Part shown: positions 1 through 10,349 of the stretch, piece by piece | How positions within the stretch are numbered: the first letter of the stretch is position 1 | Layout of the letters: every line of letters begins with the position of its first letter | Source: Chiloscyllium plagiosum | Taxonomy: Eukaryota | DNA: 20,000 nt | Direction: 5' to 3' | Assembly (NCBI RefSeq): GCF_004010195.1 | Contig: NC_057719.1 | Span: 29,596,415 to 29,616,414, forward strand | The notes under the pieces: generated by a model | What the model saw: only the letters and a program-made list of their open reading frames with translations | The model's database searches: none | Told to the model about the DNA's origin: nothing | Program-made: the position numbers and the translations under genes

Positions 1-1
1 A

Positions 2-169
2 TGGCTGAGGAGCTGGTGTAAGGGAAAAGGATTCACATTTTTGGATCATTGGAAGCTCTTTTGGGGTAAAAGTGACTTGTACAAGAAGGACGAATTGCAT
101 CTAAATTGGAAGGGGACTAATATACTGGAAGGGAGATTTGCTAGAGCTGCTCAGAAGGATTTAAACTAG
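2..169 (+). pseudogene. CR1 ORF1 C-terminal remnant (SGNH/GDSL esterase-like domain)
   Basis: Frame 2 reads WLRSWCKGKGFTFLDHWKLFWGKSDLYKKDELHLNWKGTNILEGRFARAAQKDLN*. It has a DxxH motif and is homologous to the 9350-9568 peptide. Confidence 0.85.
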
Positions 170-175
170 TGAGGT

Positions 176-3060
176 GTGACCCAGGGAGGTAGTGAAGAAA
201 GAGATCAATCTGAGACTGGTACAGTTGAGAACAAAGGCAAATCAAATAGTCAGGGCAGGCAGGGACAAAGCAGAGAACAAGGTAGGACTGATAAATTAAA
301 CTGTATTTATTTCAATGCAAGAGGCCTAACAGGGAAGGCAGATGAACTCAGGGCATGGTTTGGAACTTGGGATATCACAGCAATTACAGAAATGGACAGG
401 ACTAGCAGCTTAATGTTCCAGGATAAACATGCTACAGGAAGGACAGAAAGGGAGGCAATAGAGGAGGGTGAGTGGCGGTTTTGATAAGGGATAGCATTAC
501 AGCTGTATGGGGGGAGGATATTCCCAGAAATACATCCAGGGAAGTTATTTGGGTGGAACTGAGAAATAAGAAAGAGGTGATCACTTTATTGGGATTGTAT
601 TATAGACCCACTAATAGTCAGAGGGAAATTGAGAAACAAACTTGTAAGGAGATCTTAGTTATCTGTAAGAATAATAGGGTGGTTATGGTAGGGGATTTTA
701 AAAACATGCACTGGGACTGCCATAGTGTTAAGGGTTTAGATGGAGAGGAATTTGTTAAGAAGACTTGTTACAAGAAAATTTTCTGATTCAGTATGTGGAT
801 GTACCTACTAGAGAAGGTGCAAACCTTGACCTACTCCTGGGAAATAAGGGCAGGGGAGTGCGGTGTCAGTTGGGTGTCAATTCTATTAATTTTAAAATAG
901 TGATGGAAAAGGATAGACCAGATCTAAAAGTTGAAGTTCTAAATTGGAGAAAGGCCAATTGTGATGGTATTAAGCAAGAACTTTCGAAAGCTGATTGGGG
1001 GCAGATGTTCACAGGTAAATGGATGCCTGGAAAATGGGAAGCCTTCAGAAATGAGATAACGAGAATCCAGAGAAAGTATATTCCTGTTTGGGTGAAAGGA
1101 AAGGCTGGAGGTGTATGGAATGCTGGATGACTAGAGAAATTGAGGGTTTGGTTAAGAAAAAGAATGAAGCATATGTCAGGTATAGACAGGACAGATCGAA
1201 TGAATCCTTAGAAGAGTATAAAGGCAGTAGGAGTATACTTAAGAGAGAAATCGGGGGGCAAAAAATGGACATGAGATAGCTTTGGCAAATAGAGTTAAGG
1301 AGAATCCAAAGGGTTTTTACAAGTACATTAAGGACAAAAGGGTAACTAGGGAGAGAATAGGGCATCTCAAAGATCAGCAAGGCAGCCTATGTGTGTAGCT
1401 GGAGGAGATGGGGGAGATACTAAACGAGTATTTTGCATCAGTATTTACTGTGGAAAAGGACATGGAAGATATAGAATGTAGAGAAATAGATGGTGACATC
1501 TTGAAAAATGTCCATATTACAGAAGAGGAAGTGCTGGATGTCTTGAAACATAAATGTTGATAAATACCCAGGACCTGATCAGGTGTACCCTAGAACTCTG
1601 TGGGAAGCTAGAGAACTGATCACTGAACCTCTTACTGAGATATTTGTATCAACGATAGTCACAGGTGAGGTGCCGGACGACTGGAAGTTGGCTAACGTGG
1701 TGCCACTGTTTAAGAAAGATGGTAAGGATAAGCCAGGGAACTATAGACCAGTGAGCCTGACATCAGTGGTGGGCACGTTGTTGGAGGGAATCCTGAAGGA
1801 CAGGATGTACATACATTTGGAAAGGCAAGGTCTGATTAGGGATAGTCAACATGGCTTTGTGTGTGAGAAATCATGTTTCACAAACTTGATTGAGTTTTTT
1901 GAAGAAGTAACAAAGAGGATTGATGAGGACAGAGTGGTAGATGTGATCTATATGGACTTCAGTAAGGCGTTCTACAAGGTTCCCCATGGGAGACTGGTTA
2001 GCAAGGTTAGATCTCATGGAATACAGGGAGAACTAACCATTTGGATACAGAACTGGCTCAAAGGTAGAAGACAGAGGGTGATGATGGAGAGTTGTTTTTC
2101 AGACTGGAGGCCTGTGACCAATGCAGTGCCACAAAGATCGGTGCTGGGCCCACTACTTTTCATCATTTATATAAATGATTTGGATGCGAGCATAAGAGGT
2201 ATAGTTAGTACATTTGCAGATGACACCAAAATTGGAGGTGTAGTGGAAAGTGAAGAAGGCTACCTCAGATTACAACAGGATCTTGATCAGATGGGCCAAT
2301 GGGCTGAGAAATGGCAGATGGAGTTTAATTTAGATAAATGTGAGGTACTGCATTTTGGGAAAGCAAATCTTAGCAGGATGTATACACTTAATTTTAAGGA
2401 TCTAGGCAATATTGCTGAACAAAGAGACCTTGGGGTGTAAGTTCATAGCTCCTTGAAAGTGGAGTTGCAGGTAGACAGGATAGTGAAGAAGGCATTTGGT
2501 ATGCTTTCCTTTATTGGTCAGAGTATTGAGTACAGGAGTTGGGAGGTCATGTTGTGGCTGTACAGGATATTGGTTAGGCCACTGTTGGAATATTGCGTGC
2601 AATTCTGGTCTCCTTCCTAGCAGAAGGATGGTGTGAAAATTGAAAGGGTTCAGAAAAGATTTACAAGGATGTTGCCGGGGTTGGAGGATTGAGCTATAGG
2701 GAGAAGTTGAATAGGCTAGGGCTGTTTTCCTTGGAGTATCGGAGGCTAAGGGGGTTTATAAAAGCATGAGGGGCATGGATAGGATAAATAGACAAAGTCT
2801 TTTCCCTGGGGTGGGGGAGTCTAGAGCTAGAGGGCATAGGTTTATGGTGAGAAGGAAAAGATATAAAAGAGACCTAAGGGGCAACTTTTTCACACAGAGG
2901 ATAGTACGTGTATGGAATGAGTTGCCAGAGGAAGTGTTGGAGGCTGGTACAATTGCAACATTTAAAAGGCATTTGGATAGGTATATGAATAGGATGGGTT
3001 TGGAGGGATATGGGCCGGGTCTGGCAGGTGGGACTAGATTGGGTTGGATTATCTGGTCAG
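176..3060 (+). pseudogene. CR1 ORF2 remnant (APE endonuclease + reverse transcriptase), broken into fragments
   Basis: Track ORFs 176..484, 472..786, 765..1130, 1088..1279, 1583..2440 and 2766..3149 are collinear pieces of one EN-RT protein. End coordinate is approximate. Confidence 0.9.
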
Positions 3061-3758
3061 GATGGACAAGTTGGACCGAAGTGACTGTTTCCATGCTGTA
3101 TATCTCTTTGACTCCAAGAGATAATCATAATGAATTATGTGGTCGTTAGCTGTGAACAAGTCTTAGTTAATACTGCAGATTCCTGGAGGTTACTTGATTG
3201 TCTTTGGAAGCTGAACTGGAATTTTCCAAGTTTGCATTACTGATTGTGTGAAATGGAGACAGAAATACGAGGAAGGTTGTGAAAATGGCTGGGCTTCAAA
3301 GATGATGCTTGCTCCTGGGATCACAGGGGATCAGGGCAATGGTGAGTCTTTCAGGCTGCAATGAATGGAAAATACATGTAGGGCACTATGGGACATTATA
3401 TATCATGAATGAGGTAAATTTATAAAGATAGCACGAGAAATCTCACTGGGCTTCATGGAGAAAAACGCTTCATGAAACTTGCCAAAATTGATAATTAGTC
3501 AATTTCTACTAAATTCAGCTCATAGTCATAAGTAGGAGTGAATTGCTTAGGCTTTAGACTGTGAAGACTTGAGGACCACATCTTGGCTGTGAACAACATA
3601 TTAAATATCTTAGGAAACCATGTAATGTCAAAGGCAAAGATTTGATTTTGTACTTTATCAGTTATTACATCTTAACTGCAGTGTTATGCCTCATCTAAAA
3701 AGTATAGAAATCAATTTATTTTCACTCTCATTTGTTGTTAAGTGTGCATAAGTTACTA

Positions 3759-3965
<207 letters not shown>

Positions 3966-4378
3966 TTAAAATGTAGCAAAATTCATAATTATATATTTAT
4001 ATGGAACACAATTTGGGAGAACAAAAAATTAGAAGACTTGTTAAATGGCAAGAGGCTGGGATATGTTTAACTTCAAAGGTACATGGATGTCTTAAGTTTA
4101 TGAGTCACTGAAACTTATGTACAACAAGCAATTAAGAAGGCAAATTGATCTATAGTATGGAGGATTTGAGTCTCGTTGTATAAATGTCTAACTGCAATTG
4201 CATGGAGCTTTGCTGACGCCATAAGGAAAGATTGCATAGACTGGACCTATATCGTCTGGAGTTTAGAAAAGAGGGCGTGGTAGTGAGAGATGGGTGAATC
4301 TTTGGAACACTCTGACCTAGATGGCTGTGGAGGCTTAGTTTTGAGTATGTTCAAGGCTGCGGTTTGTACAGTTCTATA

Positions 4379-5054
4379 CAGTGGAACCTCGATTATCCGA
4401 ACGTGATGGGCGGGCACTATTTCGTTCGGATAATCGATTATTCGGTTAATCGATTAAATGCCTTTCCTCTGGAGTTCGGAGTTTTTAAAGTCTGCTCCCC
4501 GTTCAGGAGATCGCAGCAGCACACAGCGTGCGAGGCCCTGCCCCCACCTCCACCCCGCCCCCGAGCAGCCCCCTGCCCCCAAAACTGTCTTTCACCGCTC
4601 CCAATCCCATCCGACACCTCCCCGGCCCCGAAAACTCCCCACCTCCAACACCCCCGCCCCAACCCCTTCTGGACTGGACACCAACAAGACTGCCTTTGTG
4701 GGGTAAGTCTCCAAATAGCATGTACACATGCGCGCGCGCGCACGCACACACACACACACACACACACACCAACCTTTTGACAGGTTCCACCTTTGCCCTA
4801 TACAGGACAATGTTGGAGAGATTATGTGGGGAAGGGGAGTTTAGGGTACATCCCTGTTTAGAACTCCAGGGGAAGTGTGGGGAGAGGGGGAGGTCAGTCA
4901 TTTGGAGATGGTGCCTGTTTAATCACTGTAAACAAAAGACACGATCGCTGTTGGAAACACGTCTTTGATGTAATGTTTCCATCAGGACCTCAAGATCTCC
5001 TTTGGATAATCCGATTTTTGGATAATTGGTATTCAGATAATCGAGGTTCCTCTG
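4379..5054. mobile_element. Non-autonomous Tc1/mariner-superfamily (Tigger/pogo-like) MITE, 676 bp
   Basis: Left TIR CAGTGGAACCTCGATTATCCGAA (4379-4401) versus reverse complement of 5032-5054 CAGAGGAACCTCGATTATCTGAA, 21/23 identical. TA on both flanks (4377-4378, 5055-5056). Subterminal GGATAAT repeats. No transposase ORF. Confidence 0.9.
4718..4769. repeat. (CG)n/(CA)n compound microsatellite; 52-bp alternating purine-pyrimidine tract inside the MITE
   Basis: gcatgtacacatgcgcgcgcgcgcacgcacacacac...cac read directly. Confidence 0.95.
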
Positions 5055-5538
5055 TATTTAAAAACAAAGAATATGTGGATAAATGCATGATGTGGGGGTG
5101 CCGGTGTTGGACTAGAGTGGACAAAGTCAAAAATCACACCGGATTATACTCAAACAGGTTTATTTGAAATTGCACGCTTTCAGAGCCCGTACGCGTTCCT
5201 TGGGCAGCTAGTGAGAGAGAATACATCTGACACAGAATTTATAAGTAAAAGATCAAAGCATCATACAATTTATGCAAATATGTTGAATAAACCTACATGG
5301 CTATTAAGTCTTTAATCAGTTAGAATGGAGGTGCAGGTTTCGATTGATTAACATGTGAATCCCAGAATTTCTTTCAGGTCACCGCCCCAAGATAACTTCA
5401 CGTTTTATCAAAATAAAGGTGACACCTCAGGTCAGACAATGCATTTTATGTGTGAGGTCATGTTTCAAGTTTGTTTGTATCTCAGCCTGGAGTTAGACTG
5501 GTTTTATTTGCAAAGTAGGAATTTATAAAATGCCACAT

Positions 5539-5717
5539 TGAGTGACTGTCAACAGATCTCGTGCTTTTTTGAACAAAATAGAACGTATCTGCAAATGCAA
5601 ATTCACTACATAGAAGTAAATGTGTGTGTGTGTGCGTGTGAGTGACTGTCGACTGATCATGTGCTTTTTTGAAAATAGAATGTATCCGCACATGCAAATT
5701 CACTACATAGAAGTAAA

Positions 5718-5738
<21 letters not shown>
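5539..5738. repeat. Diverged tandem duplication, period ~100 bp, inside the Penelope-like remnant
   Basis: tgagtgactgtc...gtgctttttt...atgcaaattcactacatagaagtaaatgtgtgtg starts at both 5539 and 5639. Confidence 0.9.

Positions 5739-5762
<24 letters not shown>
5718..5762. repeat. (TG)n(AG)n compound microsatellite followed by a degenerate TG/AG-rich tract to ~5900
   Basis: Read directly. Confidence 0.95.
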
Positions 5763-6148
5763 CTGCGCGCGTGCTCTTGAGAGACTGAGTGTGAGAGAGT
5801 ACATGTGAGAGAGCATGCAAGTGAGTGTGTGCGAGAACATGTGTGCACGAGTGTGAGGGGTTATATGCCTGTGACAGAATGTGAGTGCAAGTTTGTGTCG
5901 ACGTTTGCATAACTTGTATGACTCTTTGATCTTTTCCTTATAAATTCCAACCCGGTGTAATGTGACTTTTGACTTTGTGAAAATGCAGGAAGATTAGATT
6001 AAAATAGAAGATCGGACATAATCTTATTGAAAGATGGAGCAAGCTTGAAGGTCTGAATTATCTGTTCTTAGGTGTAATAAAAATGTTATTACTAGGTTGG
6101 AAGAAAGTAGTTAAAACAGCAAGTTCCGGGATTATTTAGTTCCATTAA

Positions 6149-9100
6149 TTTTTCTTATTCATTCGCAGGACATGGGCATCACTGGTGAGGCCAGCATTTA
6201 ATGTACATCTAAACTGCCCTCGAAAGGATGACATCAATCACTTTCTTGGTAATGACATGGCCTGCTAGATGATTCTGGGTGTATTTAAGAGTCAACTACA
6301 TTATTGTGGATCCGGAGTTACACTTGAACCTCACATGACAAGGACATCAAGAAAGGGACATTAATAAACCAAATAGCTTATTTTACAAGTCTCCACTCCT
6401 GATACTAACATTAGAACATAGAACATAGAACAATACAGCACAGAACAGGCCCTTTGGCCCTCAATGTTGCGTCGACCTGTGAACTATTCTCAGCTCGTCC
6501 CCCTACACTATCCCAAATTCATCCAAGTGCTTATCTAAGGATTGTTTAAATTGTGGAATGCCCTACATTAGCAGGTAGGGCATTCCACGCCCTCACCACT
6601 CTCTGTGTAAAGAACCTGCCTCTGACATCTGTCTTAAATCAATTACCCCTCAATTTGTAGTTATGCCCCCTTGTACACGCTGACGTCATCATCCTAGGAA
6701 AAAGACTTTCACTGTCTACCCGATCTAATCCTCTGACCATCTTGTATGTCTCTATCAAATCCCCTCTTAGCCTTCTTCTTGCAATGAAAACATGTTCAAG
6801 TCTCTCAGCCTTTCCTCATAAGACCTTCCCTCCAGACCAGGCAACATCCTGGTAAATCTCCTCTGCACCTTTTCCAATGCTTCCACATCCTTCCCGAAAT
6901 ATGGGGACCAGAAATTTACACAATATTCCAAGTGTGGGCACACCAGCGTTGCAGCATGATATTGCGGTTCTAGAACTCAATCCCTCTACAATTGAGACCT
7001 AACACACCATATGCCTTCTTAATAGCACTATACACCTGGGTGGCAACTTTCAGGGATTTATGTACATGGACTCCAAAATCCCTCTGCACATCCACACTAC
7101 CAAGTATCTTTCCATCAACCCAGTACTCTGCCTTCCTGTTATTCTTCCCAAAGTGCATCACCTCACATTTAGCTGCATTGAACTCCATTTGCCACCTCTC
7201 AGCCCAATTCTGCAGTTTATCCAAGTCCCCCTGCAACCTGTAACATTTTTCCACACTGTCCACTACTCCACTGACTTTAGTGTCATCTGCAAATTTACTA
7301 ATCCATCCACCTATGCCTGTGTCTAAGTCATTTATAAAAGATGACAAACCGCAGTGGTCCCAAAACAGATCCTTTTGGCACACCACTAGTAACCGGACTC
7401 CAGGCTGAATATTTTCCATCAAACACCACTCACTGCCTTCTTTCAGAAAGCCAGTTTCTAATCCAAACTGCTAAATCACCCTCAATTCCTCTGCATTTTC
7501 TCCAACAACCTACCATGTGGAACCTTATCAAAGGCTTGACTGAAGTCCATGTATACCACGTCAACTGCCCTACCCTCATCTACATGCTTGGTCACCTTCT
7601 CAAAAAACCCAATGAGGTTTGTGAGACAAGACCTGCCCCTGACGAAACCATGTTGACTATCTGAAATCAAATTGTTGCTTGCTAGATGATTATAAATCTT
7701 ATCTCTTATAATCCTTTACAAAATCTTTCCTATAGCAGAAGGAAGGCTCACCAGTCTATAATTACCTGGGTCATCTCTACTGCCCTTCTTGAACAAGGGC
7801 ACAACATTTGCAATCCTCCAGTCCTCTGGTACAAAACCTGCAGACAATGACGACTCAAATATCAAAGCCAAAAGCTCTACTATCTCCTCCCGAGTTTCCC
7901 AGAGAATCCTCTGATAAATCCCATCCGGCCCAGGGGACTTGTCTACTCTCACTCCTTCTAGAATTGATAACATCTGTTCGTAACTAACCTCGATCCTTTC
8001 TAGTCTAATATCTCATCCCTCATTCTGCTCCTCAGCAATATTCTCCTTTTCCTGAGTGAAAACCAATGAGAAATGTTCGTTTAGCACCTCTCCGATCTCC
8101 ACAGGGTCCACACTCAACTTCCCACTTCTGTCTTTGATTGACCCTATTCCTACCCTAATCATCCTTTTATTCCTCACATACCTTTAGAAAGCTTTAGGGC
8201 TCTCCTTTATTCTATTTGCTAAAGACTGCTCGCGTCCTCTCTTTGCTCTTCTTAGCTCTCTCTTTAAATCCTTCCTAGCTGATCTGTAACTCTTCATCAC
8301 CTCATCTGAACCATCTTGCCTCATCAGCACATAAGTCTCCTTCTTCTTCGTAACAAGAGATGCAATTTCTGTAGTAAACCATGGTTCCTCTACCTTATCA
8401 CTTCCTCCCTGCCTGACAAGGACTTACCGAAAAGGACGTGCAATATCTGTTCCTTAAACCAGCTCCACATTTCCATTGTCTGCATCCCCTGCATTTTGCT
8501 ACTCCATTCTATGCATCCTAACTCTTGCCTAATCGCATTATAATTTCCCTTGCCCCATAGATAATTCTTGACCTGTGGCATGTACCTATCCCTTTCCATC
8601 GCTGAACTAAATGTAACTGAATTACAATCATTCTCTCCAACGTGCTCACCTACAACTAAATCAAACACCTGGCCTGGTTCATTACCAAGCACCAGATCCA
8701 GTGTGGCCTCTCCTCTTGTCGGCCCTTCGACATACTGTGTCAGGAAACCCTCCTGTACACATTGGACAAAAACTGATCCATCCGACATACTGGAGTTACA
8801 GCATTTCCAGTCAAGGTTGGGAAGTTGAAGTCTCCCATAATGACCATCCTGTTCCTTTCACTCCTACCCAGAATAATTTTGCTAATCCTCTCTTCCACCT
8901 CCCTGGAACTCTGCGGAGGCCGATAAAAAAACTCCAAGCAGTGTGACCTCTCCTCTCCTGTTTCTAACCTTCAGCCCACACTACCTCAGTAGACGAGTCC
9001 TCATCAAAAGTTCTCTCTGCCACCGTTATACTATCCTTGACTAACAAGGCCACGCCTCCCCCTCTTTTACCACCTCACCAGTTCTTAATGAAAGATCTAA

Positions 9101-9650
9101 ACCCTGGCACCTGCAACATCCATTCCTCACCCTGTTCTATCCATGTCTCCGAAATGGCCACAACATCGAAGTCCCAGGTGCCTATCCATGCTGCAAGCTC
9201 ACCTACCTTATTTTGGATACTTCTGGCGTTGAAGTAAACACACTTCATACCAGCACATTCCTGTGACCTTGAAATCCTGTCCCTGACCTTCCTACTCTCA
9301 TCCTCCTGTGCACTGCAACTACACCCCCAGTTCCCATCCCCCTACTGAGCTAGTTTAAACCTACCCAAATAGCACCAGCAAATTTCCCACCCAGGATATT
9401 AGTATCCCTCTGGTTCAAGTGAAGACCGTCCTGTTTGTACAAGTCCCACCTTCCCCAGAATGAGCCCCAATTATCCAAGAACCTGAAACCCTCCCTCCTG
9501 CACCATCCTTGCAGCCATGTGTTCAGCTGATTTCTCTCCCTATTCCTTGCCTCGCTATCACGTGGCACATTCTATTCTAGATTTAACTAATTAACAGAAG
9601 TTAAATTCCCCAGCTTCTTTAGTGAGGTTTTAAATCCTGTGTCCAAATCA
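6149..9650 (-). mobile_element. Old tRNA-derived SINE (same family as 13059-13398), split by the 6413-9568 LINE; own sequence ~6149-6412 and ~9569-9650
   Basis: Shares ttattcatt, agcatt and ttaagagtcaac with the 13059 copy. It resumes after the LINE with tattctagattt...aaattccccagc, which corresponds to tattccagatg...aaatgttaccatc in the 13059 copy. Confidence 0.65.
6413..9568 (-). mobile_element. CR1-clade LINE of a second subfamily, 5'-truncated within ORF1, decayed; same orientation as LRRC9
   Basis: ORF1 esterase remnant (9568-9350, ..DLYKQDGLHLN..). Endonuclease (KCVYFNARS, VVAISETW, FYRPP, IMGDFNFP, LDLVL). RT (PGNYRLVSL, QHGFVRGRSCLTNL, YMDFSQAFDKV, FADD at 7293-7282). (ATGTTCT)n 3' tail at 6413-6430. 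Possible short TSD acatt (6408-6412 / 9567-9571). Confidence 0.95.
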
Positions 9651-9776
9651 TCATACTATTATTCAATAAGGGAATGAAGGATAAACCAGAAATGTCAGGC
9701 AAGTCAGTGTCCAAATCATCATACTATTATTCAATAAGGGAATGAAGGATAAACCAGAAATGTCAGGCAAGTCAGT
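9639..9776. repeat. Perfect 68-bp tandem duplication
   Basis: gtgtccaaatcatcatactattattcaataagggaatgaaggataaaccagaaatgtcaggcaagtca at 9639-9706 and 9707-9774, plus gt. Confidence 0.97.
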
Positions 9777-10207
9777 ACAACCACAGTGGTGGGGAAACTA
9801 TCAGAAGCAATCCTAAGGAACAGAATTAATGCAAACTTGGAGAGGTAGATATTAAGCAAGTCAGTATGGTTTTGTTAAGGGGAGGTCATTTCTGACCAAC
9901 TTGATTTAAATTTTCAAAGGGGTAACCAGGCTGTAGATGAAGGTAATGCATTTAATGTAATCCATTTAGATGTCTGCAATTCCTTTGATGAGATCGAGCA
10001 AGGGAGAATTATAGTGAAGGTAAGAGCCCATGGGATCCAAGGAAAGTGGTTAATTGGATCCAGAACTGGTGAGTGGCAAGAAGCAGATGGCGGTGGTTGA
10101 GGGGTGTTTTTGTGACTAGAAGCCAGTCTGTAGTGAGGTTCTGCATGAATCAGTATTGAGGCCTTTGCTGTTTGTGGTATATATAAACAACTTAGATTTG
10201 AATGTAG

Positions 10208-10342
10208 GAATATATTTAACAGATATTTGTTGGAACTTCAATTCTGTGACTGTGCACCTTGTAGATGGACTGCAGCAACTCACCAGAGCTCTTTTCATAG
10301 AACCTTCTAAACCCACAACCACTACCTCTCAGAAGGACAAAC
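10208..10342 (+). mobile_element. 135-bp insert containing a fragment of an unrelated (L2-like) LINE, bracketed by a 10-bp direct repeat
   Basis: TTGAATGTAG at 10198-10207 and 10343-10352 is seen directly. gactgcagcaactcacc...ccttctaaacccacaaccactacc...agaaggacaa resembles a shark L2-like LINE from memory. Confidence 0.5.
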
Positions 10343-10349
10343 TTGAATG

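Larger units (their letters stand above)
1..3116 (+). mobile_element. CR1-clade LINE (HER1-like shark family), long decayed copy; 5' part lies outside the window
   Basis: Contains the ORF1 end (2-169), AP-endonuclease motifs (CIYFNARGL, GLYYRP, VVMVGDF, LDLLL) and RT motifs (PGNYRPVSLTS, QHGF, YMDFSKAF, FADD at 2213-2224, KCEVLHFG). The 3' tail is CATGCTGTATATCTCTTTGACTC at ~3092-3114. Multiple frameshifts and stops. Confidence 0.95.
5091..5980 (-). mobile_element. Penelope-like element remnant (non-coding terminal region) with partial inverted terminus
   Basis: 5235-5278 is the reverse complement of 5904-5947 (40/44). 5121-5142 is inverted at ~5952-5978. Flanked by aaatgcatga (5081-5090) and aaatgcagga (5981-5990). 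Minus-strand AATAAA at 5164-5159. The family call rests on remembered similarity to a common shark PLE terminal repeat. Confidence 0.6.
4050..6070 (+). mobile_element. Old, highly diverged CR1 3' fragment split by two later insertions (own sequence ~4050-4378, 5057-5090, 5981-6070)
   Basis: Degenerate RT C-terminal and 3' UTR phrases: caagcaattaagaaggcaaat, gtgaatctttggaacactct, ggctgtggaggc, tatgttcaaggc, then after 5981 agatcggacataatcttattgaaagatggagcaagcttgaagg. Boundaries are approximate. Confidence 0.65.

Noticed and set aside
1583..2440. 285-aa RT ORF as an active retrotransposon gene
   Set aside because: It is a fragment only: GTG start, premature TAA, frameshifts on both sides, and the PQGS motif is mutated to PQRS.
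4364..5167. Overlapping Pro/Gly-rich and HTHT/CVCV ORFs on both strands
   Set aside because: By-products of the C-rich tract and (CA)n inside the MITE; no transposase motifs.
5482..5910. His/Thr/Ser-rich ORFs
   Set aside because: Translations of TG/AG microsatellites.
6992..9237. Plus-strand ORFs opposite the minus-strand CR1 (and the equivalent antisense ORFs in the other CR1 copies)
   Set aside because: Antisense shadows of LINE ORF2 with no independent coding evidence.
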